Below are positions 57,901 to 64,000 of a stretch of 64,000 bases of DNA, in pieces. The notes under the pieces are model-generated. The model did not search any database. It saw only the letters and a list, made by a program, of their open reading frames with translations, and was not told where the DNA came from. The DNA comes from Verrucomicrobiota bacterium. GTDB taxonomy: Bacteria; Verrucomicrobiota; Kiritimatiellia; CAIQIC01; JAGNIJ01. The position numbers were made by a program, and so were the translations under genes. The stretch is from the NCBI GenBank assembly GCA_043803015.1, contig JAZDKK010000009.1:5592-69591 (forward strand). The letters are read 5' to 3'. The first letter of the stretch is position 1, and each line of letters opens with the position of its first letter.

Positions 57901-58643
57901 AGCCGCACGCCGTCCCAATCCATCGCGTAGCCGAGCCAGTTGATCCAGCGGTGGATGAAATCGATGGTGTTCTCGCTGGTGTCCACCCCGAACGGATAGC
58001 GTTCGTCCCATCCCGGCTGCCGGTAGTAATTGGGCGGGGAAGAGAAATTCGAGTAGCCCGAGTTGAAGCGGCCATCGGACTCCAGCTGGAGGTCGATCAG
58101 GCTGACCAGCTCCTGCTGGAAGGTGTAGCCATAGCCGTTGTTGATGTCGTCGTAGGCGGTCATGCGCGGCGTACGCTTGAAGCCGCCGGGCTGGCCGCCG
58201 TCCCACCAGCCGTGGAAGTCGTTGGGCTGGGTGCCGGGGTAGGTGCGGTAGTCCGGCCCGTTGCCGAAGTGGTTCATCACGATGTCGGGGTAGATCTTGA
58301 TGTCGCACTGGTGCGCGTTGTCGACCATGTTGCGGAGGGAGCCGCGGGTGCCGTAGCGGGTGCCGAGCGAGCCGCGCTGGGGGACGTCGCCGATGTCGAA
58401 CTTGTCGTAGTGGCTGTACCCGACGTTGCCGCCGCCGGCGAACTGGCCGCCCGCGTTGGGCGACTTGGTGGGCGGTGGGACCCAGAGTCCTTCGTAACCC
58501 TCTTCGGCCATCTCGGGCAGGCGGCGGTAGATCTCGTCCCACTCGGTCTCAAACCACTGGATGAGCACTTCGGATCGCGAGGAGAGGGGCAGGAGGAGCA
58601 GGCACGCCCAGGCGAGGACGAGGGAAAGTTTCAGAAACCTCAT
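51999..58643 (-). CDS. Giant secreted alpha-amylase-family protein with two GH13 catalytic domains and a starch-binding-like module
   Basis: Signal peptide; domain 1 DIVMNH/GVRLDAPKH/SEFF/SHDE; domain 2 DGTFNH/GLRCDFAQG/MAESL/SHDE; WDNNGGADW; DxDxDG repeats; C-terminal RFYRV. Confidence 0.9.
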   Translation of the reverse strand: MRFLKLSLVLAWACLLLLPLSSRSEVLIQWFETEWDEIYRRLPEMAEEGYEGLWVPPPTKSPNAGGQFAGGGNVGYSHYDKFDIGDVPQRGSLGTRYGTRGSLRNMVDNAHQCDIKIYPDIVMNHFGNGPDYRTYPGTQPNDFHGWWDGGQPGGFKRTPRMTAYDDINNGYGYTFQQELVSLIDLQLESDGRFNSGYSNFSSPPNYYRQPGWDERYPFGVDTSENTIDFIHRWINWLGYAMDWDGVRLDAPKHVIADFFGTPGNGFNHQIQWNFQNRRGYSTPDEYADLYKNYVHRKNALIFSEFFIGGVDQVSYWRTSYGVKFRYLDFPRKSSMIFPAFNSGNLAALSGSGFSEEEGVLFCQSHDESPPSKLELAYVYILTHIGLPVVYFTGNNLNGSDVNVKTWLKIGHGGALGDYNNNALPNLVYIHNQFARGREWERWSEGDIYIYERYDDLNISSTPNTNEGLLLVGLNDSGGSRTANGVLTAFAIGTVLHDYTGNYTTDSGNITVYDGGGGVPKVNLPIPAGMNGQGWVCFAPRNASANGDPLRFSQSGASCPTMNWVVPGGALATNKPRTVTRITNDVVDIDVYFNPPADAGVDSVIVKWGNGLRVSDSQPYLTNDTSLVSYGYQNAVSNASYWRLTATLTNVAEGLHLVKGRCFNARSGYPALFQTFSEAVYVDRHGPALNATTPAEAQTVDGDLVAVISNSDRTAYSIDVQLDGGGYLSATKMMEGSWRYNLSALSSGNHTMVVRALEADWGASRSIINTSYLTRTFSVDTAGPSVSIGFQSINRGAGAQIELPFFRTIVTAAGLSQNQVTLLWDGLPLVLQNGTGSLTNVFDGRYVLGNVTGRLYGAFVNGAHFFEAVAVSGILTNRASTQVTFNLYGSNQVDSDGDGLPDNVEMPNFSNGTSPGPNVPWPGDNSGSGNQDMIPNYGETWTRLNPMNADSDYDGLWDGDEDSDYNINSGDGVPNSCEVRQGYLQFTNAYYYNLYDGGSKPGTCVETNGGSIIPSSASWTPTSPTRCAGNTLTITYARNQGPLSNESPIQIYIGYSNWSNATTNAMTDIGGGSWQYIYAIPTDATNVNFVFRNTAGTIWDNNGGADWAVTVGACVVITNYFNMDGNFDNANYEVANSGMKILAAVKGSTLYVATWSANGSETTDDHFLYVCSAFSAPEPSPWAKSGQVFFDKAAMPHLVAESKISGGFCAFNNSGTGGRVAMGTSGNALEGELNLTEVFGEVPSVLYIAAVAMGDNDGGGLDSQCPPSYGNNANDLETTEFQPVPVASIRDEDLNGTFDIGKPQMWTVVNGNTNDANYGLRRMFLNERAGDSQDITVILNLNGPGGTNVLSDVELFSNLNRRDFAVLPGDQNPDDVTTTSETTYYRAYPMSGSGSGPYTFTINANKCGAYRINARYKVNHGAYVYYSDGGLRRDCAVVASPKKALDLVLYEMNPMTAEATSVDFYGRSTFRDLYTANTNRPDVFNTNSYGQLGVNMVWLQPIHPIGSDNKQTDPETLRDYDPGSPYAVRNYWTVSGVLGDPWTADGSEALAEFTNFVQSMDGAGVGVMLDGTFNHSAWDCEIGEVGVQMFPWATNAGNLIRDVRPQWYSRAGNYGTHATYYRTSSDTDMGVAPDRIDFGKWSDVADFFFGTYDALVQGQADDWRDQYLHEQDVFDGFATNATRELWQYFSYYPIYWLEKTGHPQDTPKAESFKGIDGLRCDFAQGLPSLFWEYTINKTRSVKWDFIFMAESLDGYREVGGSKRHGLSYRSARHFDVLNENMVFYWRDNFFNYYSWNGSTFTNDNAKTYPTWQAWDNRRNAYDAAPILLNLTSHDELYPNDDQWRVIYAYATVNAMDGAPMLFYGQEAGAQNDAGAYGSHAINPLNNFARYETNFGKAIPNFKRYNNLTNIWDGATNGPWKPPMYNTYRRINWARQHSPALRSQNNYMLGNVSSSNWNPDMFVVAKFEQPGVSAASQDVVFVAVNNNYQSSEGGTTNRIDTFIVNTNYTNGKNWFGIEAGRWYNLWDLMSVNPTNYVWTDGNKSGTNLLNDGLTIWLHDNQFDGRQAQYLKLVDVGVTYPDYSTYKSWDKDNDNLPDAWETANGLDPNSASGDDGTWGDKDQDGMPNYDELQAATGANDSNDVLQVFIQVNGSTPEVSWPTETNINYRLERTDNLAPAFSSWQSLYFGTALSATKNFTDSEAAGLTSRFYRVKVQP

Positions 58644-58733
58644 GGACCGTTCCTCCGCTGTGTCAGTTTGATCGTCATCCCGCTATGCATTCAAGATACC
58701 CCGCACCCCGCAAAAATGGCACGGAATCTTGTA

Positions 58734-58749
58734 GGTAAAACGTTTTACC
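58734..58749. promoter_or_regulatory. LacI-family operator upstream of the amylase
   Basis: Perfect 16-bp palindrome GGTAAAACGTTTTACC. Confidence 0.7.
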
Positions 58750-58824
58750 AATGTACCCGGTCCCTATGGCATTGTCTAGCCGATTTCACACAGAGCCAAG
58801 CTGTGGCCCGGCCGGACTTGCACG

Positions 58825-59337
58825 TCACCCGCCCAGCCGGGGCCACAGGATCTTCAGATCCTCGTCCTCTTCAGCGGCGTCCCGATACGCGGGATCCAGC
58901 GTGAAGGCGCGCCCCAGGTACTCCAGCGCTTCTTCAGGACGACCCAGCTGGCACTCGTAGCAGGCCAGGTTGAAGGGGATGACGGCGATCTTCGGGAAGC
59001 GTTTCAACCCGTCGAGAAGGATCGAACGGGCGGCCTCGATGCTCTCCGCACGGCGCGTCGAATACGCAAGCTGCACCCAGTACACGGGCTCCTCGGGGGC
59101 CAGGTCGCACAGCCGTCGCGCGAGCGAGGCCGCCGCGGCCCACTCCTGTTCCTCCATGGCCAGCCGGAGCCTTGCCTCCCGGAACAGGATGCTCTCGCGG
59201 TGCGGCTCGGGCACCCGATCGAGCTCCTCGCGCGCCCGGTCCAGCATCTTCAGATCCAGGTAGCCGTCGCACCGCTCGAGGTGCCAGAGCACCTCTTGGG
59301 GGAGGTCGTCCGATACCTTGCCTCGTTGCTTCGCCAT
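58825..59337 (-). CDS. TPR protein
   Basis: GYLDLKM...WVQLAY...FNLACYECQLG...DEDL TPR pattern. Confidence 0.85.
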   Translation of the reverse strand: MAKQRGKVSDDLPQEVLWHLERCDGYLDLKMLDRAREELDRVPEPHRESILFREARLRLAMEEQEWAAAASLARRLCDLAPEEPVYWVQLAYSTRRAESIEAARSILLDGLKRFPKIAVIPFNLACYECQLGRPEEALEYLGRAFTLDPAYRDAAEEDEDLKILWPRLGG

Positions 59338-59387
59338 GGCAGGCGGCATTATGCGCGGGCCGCGCCGCCGCCACAAGAGCGCGCAAG

Positions 59388-59423
59388 CCACATGAACACA
59401 CCTCGCAAGGTGTGTTCATGTGG
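59388..59423. repeat. Perfect 16-bp inverted repeat
   Basis: CCACATGAACACACCT-cgca-AGGTGTGTTCATGTGG, overlapping the udg stop. Confidence 0.85.
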
Positions 59424-60144
59424 GTTTGACCAAGCGATCACGACTTGGCCGGGCCCCCACGCGCCGCAGTCGGCGGGCCCGGGCCAGGACGGCATCCAGC
59501 ATCGCCTCGGTCAGCCTGCCCGTGAATGTATTCTGCTGGCTCGGATGGTACGAGCCAAGGAGAACGTAGGGCCCGATCCGGACCTCGGCGCCGTGGCTGA
59601 ACCGCGGTTTGCGTCCGGCGCGGAGACCGCGGCGTGTGAGCACGCGCAACACGCCGTCCCAGGCGAACCCGCCCAGCGCAAGGATCACCCGGACCCCGGC
59701 CAGGAGGTCGAGCTCGGTTTCAAGATACGGCAGGCAGTTGTCCCTCTCCCGGGGCAGCGGCCGGTTGCCGGGCGGGGCACAGCGAACGACCGCCGTGATG
59801 TAGACGCCCTGGAGGCGCTGGCCGTCGGAGCGCGAGACGGACTCCGCCCGGCCCGCGAACCCGGCCCGGTGCAGGGCGCGGTACAGCCAGTCGCCCGACC
59901 GGTCGCCGGTGAACATCCGGCCGGTCCGGTTGGCGCCGTGCGCGCCGGGCGCCAGGCCGACGACCAGGAGCCGCGCGCCGGGATCTCCGAAGCCCGGGAC
60001 CGGCCGGCCCCAGTAAGGCTCTTGCCGAAACCGCGCGGTCTTCTCCCGCGCCACGCGCTCACACCACCGCCGGAGGCGCGGGCACCGCGCGCACCGGATG
60101 ATCCGGCGGTCCAGACCGCGCAGACGTTGTGCGGGGGAGGACAT
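59416..60144 (-). CDS. udgB: Uracil-DNA glycosylase family 5 (UdgB-like, Fe-S)
   Basis: CARCPRL, GLAPGAHGANRTGRMFTGD, RCAPPGN, YHPSQQN. Confidence 0.92.
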   Translation of the reverse strand: MSSPAQRLRGLDRRIIRCARCPRLRRWCERVAREKTARFRQEPYWGRPVPGFGDPGARLLVVGLAPGAHGANRTGRMFTGDRSGDWLYRALHRAGFAGRAESVSRSDGQRLQGVYITAVVRCAPPGNRPLPRERDNCLPYLETELDLLAGVRVILALGGFAWDGVLRVLTRRGLRAGRKPRFSHGAEVRIGPYVLLGSYHPSQQNTFTGRLTEAMLDAVLARARRLRRVGARPSRDRLVKPT

Positions 60145-60177
60145 GAAGGCCCTGCCGGCCGGGGGCTGATCCAGGGC

Positions 60178-60525
60178 CTAGCGCTTGCTCTCGAGCCGGC
60201 GGATCCGATCGTCGAACCGGTAGTTGTCCCGCTCGATCTTGTCCAGGCGCCGCTCGAGGTCGCTCAGCTTCCGCTCGACGCTGTTGAACGACGTGCTCGG
60301 CCCGAGCGTCCTGCCGAGGCGATCGCTCACGTCCGACAGTTTCCTCTCGAGTTCCTTCAGGCGCCGGTCCAGGTCGTCGATCTCCTTCTGCAGGTCCTTG
60401 GTGACAACGACCACGTTCCCCGTGGAGGCGAAAACGGTATCGGCAGGGGAATTGGTCACCTGGGCCCGGCCTGTCGCGCCGGCGACGAGGCCCGCCGCGA
60501 GGGCAAACAGCAGTGCGTGTCGCAT
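60178..60525 (-). CDS. Secreted coiled-coil protein
   Basis: Signal peptide then heptad-rich charged repeats; AGGAGG RBS. Confidence 0.7.
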   Translation of the reverse strand: MRHALLFALAAGLVAGATGRAQVTNSPADTVFASTGNVVVVTKDLQKEIDDLDRRLKELERKLSDVSDRLGRTLGPSTSFNSVERKLSDLERRLDKIERDNYRFDDRIRRLESKR

Positions 60526-60616
60526 GAGGTCCCTCCTGGGTTTCGCGTCATGGTACAGGCCCTCGAAAGTGTTTGCAACCGGGGTGCAAACGAAGATAGT
60601 AAAGCCGGTGCCGGGG

Positions 60617-60737
60617 CGTAGCTCCTTGTCCTCCGTAGCCCGGAGGGCGAAGGAGGAAGCTTGGCTTGTCCGCCGTAGCGGCGGGCGTCGCGCCCCGCCG
60701 CGAAGGCGGATAGAGCACTTCGCGGCGAAGCCGCGAC
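60617..60737. repeat. Cluster of CG[TA]AGC-N-GCGAAG palindromes upstream of tRNA
   Basis: TCCTCCGTAGC-ccggagg-GCGAAGGAGGA and TCCGCCGTAGC-[hairpin]-GCGAAGGCGGA. Confidence 0.7.
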
Positions 60738-60778
60738 TGGGCGTGGCCAGGCACTCAAACGCGTTTTTTCGTGGTTAT

Positions 60779-60855
60779 CGGGGCGTAGCTCAGCCTGGTA
60801 GAGCACTGGTTTTGGGAGCCAGTTGTCGGTGGTTCAAATCCACTCGCCCCGACCA
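60779..60855 (+). tRNA. tRNA-Pro (anticodon TGG)
   Basis: Cloverleaf CGGGGCG...CGCCCCG-ACCA, anticodon loop TTTGGGA, GGTTCAAATCC T-arm. Confidence 0.97.
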
Positions 60856-60956
60856 CCCTTCGCTCCCCCTGGGAGCTTCGGGTGGCAGGCCCTCGTTCGC
60901 TCGCTTCCTGCTTCGCTGAAGCTTCGCAGGACGAGTCGCGAGCTTCGGAGGGCGAG
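60854..60956. repeat. Nested CTTCGC-N-GCTTCG palindromes downstream of tRNA
   Basis: CACCCTTCGCTCCC..GGGAGCTTCGGGTG and CCCTCGTTCGCTCGC-[TCCTGCTTCGCTGAAGCTTCGCAGGA]-GCGAGCTTCGGAGGG. Confidence 0.65.
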
Positions 60957-61034
60957 CCACGGCTCACGCTCCGCGCTATTCCGAGTCGGTGTCTCTTAAC
61001 TTTTTCCCCTCCACCGCGTTTATTAGTAGATGTG

Positions 61035-61505
61035 ATGAACAAGGCGGCTCAGTCCCCGCAGAAGGTTTCGACCGCACAGCCCATCGAGCGGGTGGCGCGG
61101 TGGCAGTTGCTCGCCTTCCTGGTGCTGGTGGCCCTCGTCTGGCTGCACGAGATTTTCGGGTTCCCGGGGCCGCTCCCGGGTGCGCAGCGCGTCCCGGCGG
61201 ACTGGGTGGGGGCCACGGTTCTCACCGCGGGCGTGATCGTCACCGGCTTGATGGGGGTGGTCCCCCTCTTTCTCCAGAAACGGTCGGCTTTCCCGGGATC
61301 CGTCACGGTCTGCTCGTACTGCCGGAAGGTACGCGTGAACCACCACGACTGGGAGCAGATCGAGAGCTTCTTCGCCGAACGGACGCCGGCGACCTTCACG
61401 CACGGCGTCTGCCCCGACTGCTGCAGTAAGGTCATGCACGCGTACCGGTCCGGCCATAAGAACGCCGGCGCCCGCGAGACGATCCTGACTGAAACCCCCG
61501 TCTGA
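61035..61505 (+). CDS. 2-TM membrane protein with C-terminal CxxC...THGxCPDC domain
   Basis: CSYCRKVR...WEQIESF...FTHGVCPDC. Confidence 0.7.
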   Translation: MNKAAQSPQKVSTAQPIERVARWQLLAFLVLVALVWLHEIFGFPGPLPGAQRVPADWVGATVLTAGVIVTGLMGVVPLFLQKRSAFPGSVTVCSYCRKVRVNHHDWEQIESFFAERTPATFTHGVCPDCCSKVMHAYRSGHKNAGARETILTETPV

Positions 61506-61588
61506 CGGAGGTTCCCCTTCCGAAACTTGCTGTTGTCTCGAAGCCGCTTTTCCCATAAAGTCTGCGCCACCAAAAAGGGACCAACACC

Positions 61589-62614
61589 ATGCCGGAACAA
61601 CCTTTTGGCGCCGTCCTGACGGGCTCCGTCGACGCGGTGCGCCGGGCGTACGAACGCTGGGCGCGCCAGCCCGTGGACTGGGACCTCTCGGACGGGGAAG
61701 CACAGCCTTTCCCGCGGAAGCAGCGCACCCTCGCGCGGCCGGTCACGCTGCAGGGCCCCGGCACGTTCTTCGGCCGAAGCACGCGCACGGTGACGTTTGA
61801 GCCCACCGACATGGAAGGGTGGTGGTTCGAGCGGGTGGATGTCCGCGATGCGCTCCCGTTCGCCGTCTCGGCCCGCCACGTCTGGACGACCGGCGACGTC
61901 GTCAGTAACATCGTCCTCCGCGCCGGCCCGCCGCACAACTACGTCCGCATGGTCGAGCACATCATCGCAGCCAGGGTGGGGCTCGGCCTGGACAACGTCC
62001 TCGTCAAGATCGACTCCGGCGATCCGCCGCTCTTCGACCGGGGCAGCCTGGACCTGGTCGAAGCCCTGGAGTCGGCGGGCGTCCGGGAGGTGGACCAGCC
62101 CGCGAAGCTCGTGACCGTGAAAGAGACCGTGACGGTCGGGAGCACGGGAGGAGGGTTCATGACGCTCGCGCCGTGCGAGCCGGGCAAGCCCGTGCTGGAG
62201 GTCGACTGTGCCATCGATTTCAAGACGGCCATCGGTCAACAGCGCATCCGGTTCCCGGTCAACGCCAGGCATTTCCGCTACGGCGCGGAGGCCCGCACCA
62301 ACACGACGGCGGCGAAGATGGTTTACTGCAAGACCATCGGGAAGATCTTCGCCGACGTGCGCAACCTGGGATACACGATGCAGAACATCTCCGTCGCCGG
62401 GCGCCTGGGCTACTACAACAAGCCGCGCCTGGTTCACGACGGCAAGCCGCTCGAGGCCATCTGGCACCGGGCCGTGCTCGACGTGCTGGCGGCGATCGCG
62501 CTCATCGACGAAGGCCAGTTCGTCGGGAAGGTCATCTCGTACAAAGCGGGCCACACGCTCGACGTGGAGATGATCCGGCAGTTGTACAAGAACCGGCTGT
62601 TGAAGCGGCTGTAG
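61589..62614 (+). CDS. lpxC: Divergent UDP-3-O-acyl-GlcNAc deacetylase (LpxC-like)
   Basis: KQRTL..PV...G.G, MVEHIIAA...GLDN, PPLFD, ARTN, YKAGH; second Zn motif altered. Confidence 0.7.
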   Translation: MPEQPFGAVLTGSVDAVRRAYERWARQPVDWDLSDGEAQPFPRKQRTLARPVTLQGPGTFFGRSTRTVTFEPTDMEGWWFERVDVRDALPFAVSARHVWTTGDVVSNIVLRAGPPHNYVRMVEHIIAARVGLGLDNVLVKIDSGDPPLFDRGSLDLVEALESAGVREVDQPAKLVTVKETVTVGSTGGGFMTLAPCEPGKPVLEVDCAIDFKTAIGQQRIRFPVNARHFRYGAEARTNTTAAKMVYCKTIGKIFADVRNLGYTMQNISVAGRLGYYNKPRLVHDGKPLEAIWHRAVLDVLAAIALIDEGQFVGKVISYKAGHTLDVEMIRQLYKNRLLKRL

Positions 62615-62624
62615 CGCCGGCTAC

Positions 62625-62727
62625 TGCCCCTCACCCCAGCCCTCTCCCCCGAGGGGAGAGGGAGGCAGCCAGCGCGGTCTCGATCATCGTTTCCCTCTCC
62701 CTTGAGGGGAGAGGGCTAGGGTGAGGG
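62625..62727. repeat. CCCTCTCCC/GGGAGAGGG palindromic repeat, copy 2
   Basis: Same two half-units as 17617-17689 in swapped order, between convergent genes. Confidence 0.8.
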
Positions 62728-62746
62728 TGGTCTTCCGTCGGGCCTG

Positions 62747-63877
62747 CTACGGCAGGAACTTCGCCTTCCTGAGTTTCTCGGGCAGATACTTCTCCAAAAC
62801 GAAGTTCAGGCCGTGCTTGGCGAAGGCCTGCTGCTCCACGCGGACGCCGAGTTTCAGCATCAGCTCCAGCGCTTCCTGCCATTCCTTGTGATGCTTGATG
62901 AACGGGTCGTTCTTCAGCGCATCCCGGGCGCGCTTGATATCGGCTTCCTCCAGCGGGTGGGTGGCGTCCTCGAGCTTGTAATCCTTGATGTCCGAGGGCG
63001 TTACGCCCAGGTAGTGTGCCTGCGGCACGCAGAAATAGCGGTTGATGTGGGCGGCCTGGCCCGACCCGACCTTCAGCGTGCGGTAGATGTTGCAGTAGCC
63101 GTACGGGTCACCGTCGGTGAAGACCAGCACCGGGATCCTCTGGTCGTCGGACAGACGCCGGATGAATCGCCGGCAGGCGCGCGTCGGCACGCCGCTCATG
63201 GAGATCAGGACGCAGTTGGCCTTCTCGTAGTAGCGATGGTGGACGAGGCGCTGGAAGAGGGAGGCGGTCTCGATCGCGAGGATCAGCTTCGCCTTGCTCT
63301 GGAAGCGGAGGTGCTCGACCTTGGACGGGATGCTCCACGCGCCGGTGCCGAGCTTGGTGCAGTCGATCTTGATGTCCTTGCCGGAGGCGGGGTCTTTATC
63401 GATGACCACCAATGGGCCGCATACTTCGCCGCCGTGCTCCTCGGGGATGTAGCCGAGCTGCTCGCGGTTGATGTCGAGCATCGCCTCCATGTCGTCGAGC
63501 AGCGTGTCGCTCTCCGGCTGCTCGTCGAAGCGGCACTCGCCCCAGCTCTTGCTGTTGTAGTAGATCTCGCGCTTGCCCGCGATATCGTCCTTGTCCAGCA
63601 GGTCGTTCTTGGTTGTCGCCAGCAGTCGCATGGATTGGGCGAAGGTCTTGACCGTATTGTAGGACAGCGTCCGCGTGGCCACCTTGTTCAGGATCTCAAA
63701 GTGCCCGCGCTTCACGTCATACTTCACGTTCGCGAGCGACCGGACCGGGAACTTCATCGAGGGCTTCCGGTTCTTCTTCACGATGTCTGTGTGGATGCCG
63801 CCGGCGACGTGCACGATCTTCTGCGACGCGGCTTTCTTCGAAACGGCCTCAGGCGCAGACAGGGTTCTCTTGCTCAT
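62747..63877 (-). CDS. top6A: DNA topoisomerase VI subunit A (Spo11-like)
   Basis: KREIYY catalytic Tyr, F..Q.ESD, Toprim AIET..FQRL, FTDGDPYG, EQQAF; AAGGAG RBS. Confidence 0.92.
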   Translation of the reverse strand: MSKRTLSAPEAVSKKAASQKIVHVAGGIHTDIVKKNRKPSMKFPVRSLANVKYDVKRGHFEILNKVATRTLSYNTVKTFAQSMRLLATTKNDLLDKDDIAGKREIYYNSKSWGECRFDEQPESDTLLDDMEAMLDINREQLGYIPEEHGGEVCGPLVVIDKDPASGKDIKIDCTKLGTGAWSIPSKVEHLRFQSKAKLILAIETASLFQRLVHHRYYEKANCVLISMSGVPTRACRRFIRRLSDDQRIPVLVFTDGDPYGYCNIYRTLKVGSGQAAHINRYFCVPQAHYLGVTPSDIKDYKLEDATHPLEEADIKRARDALKNDPFIKHHKEWQEALELMLKLGVRVEQQAFAKHGLNFVLEKYLPEKLRKAKFLP

Positions 63878-63890
63878 ATTCAACTCCTTA

Positions 63891-63926
63891 ACGCAAAGGC
63901 GCCAAGCATGACGGAAAGGCGCAAAG
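63891..63926. repeat. 16-bp imperfect direct repeat (CGCAAAG type)
   Basis: ACGCAAAGGCGCCAAG and ACGGAAAGGCGCAAAG, period 20. Confidence 0.55.
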
Positions 63927-64000
63927 TGAATTCTGTTTGATTCGTCACAGGCCGTTCACCACTCTGTGAATGCCGTTGCTGACACGCTCCTCCCCGAAGT

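Noticed and set aside
51744-58904. 2386-aa ORF antisense to the amylase
   Set aside because: Shadow ORF from high-GC codon bias; Val/Arg/Ala-rich with no motifs, while the minus strand has clear GH13 motifs.
60779-60855. tRNA-Pro as integration site of an island
   Set aside because: No integrase and no duplicated tRNA 3' end seen in the window.

Overview
High-GC bacterial chromosomal segment. It is most likely from an anaerobic PVC-superphylum member (Kiritimatiellae/Verrucomicrobiota-like). This is inferred from TTCCAA-N3-TTGGAA repeats, secreted proteins carrying an 'RFYR[IV]' module, and a Verrucomicrobia-type TPR protein. 1-15.1 kb: Mrp/Mbh-type group 4 energy-converting [NiFe]-hydrogenase operon with hycI and hypABFCDE. 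15-21 kb: two ferritin/rubrerythrin paralogs, ferredoxin, a DHOD-like flavoprotein and PFOR (nifJ). 21-34 kb: radical SAM, dusB, SOD, a candidate structured ncRNA, a tandem kinase-pseudokinase protein, an FAD oxidoreductase, an NSS transporter with small subunit, and hcp with an Fe-S partner. 34-47 kb: large modular secreted glycoside hydrolase, rseC-rnfCDGEAB and nfnAB. 47-64 kb: sppA, ECF sigma/anti-sigma, a GT-B protein, a RAYT HUH nuclease bracketed by two 69-bp direct-repeat REPINs, a 2214-aa double-GH13 amylase, a TPR protein, UDG, tRNA-Pro, a divergent LpxC-like gene and a bacterial topoisomerase VI A subunit. The least explained signals are the RAYT unit and its diverse REP-like palindromes (one in frame inside a gene, several nested), the promoter-equipped ~104-nt folded RNA after sod, and the kinase/pseudokinase fusion. 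No CRISPR array, rRNA or prophage was seen.
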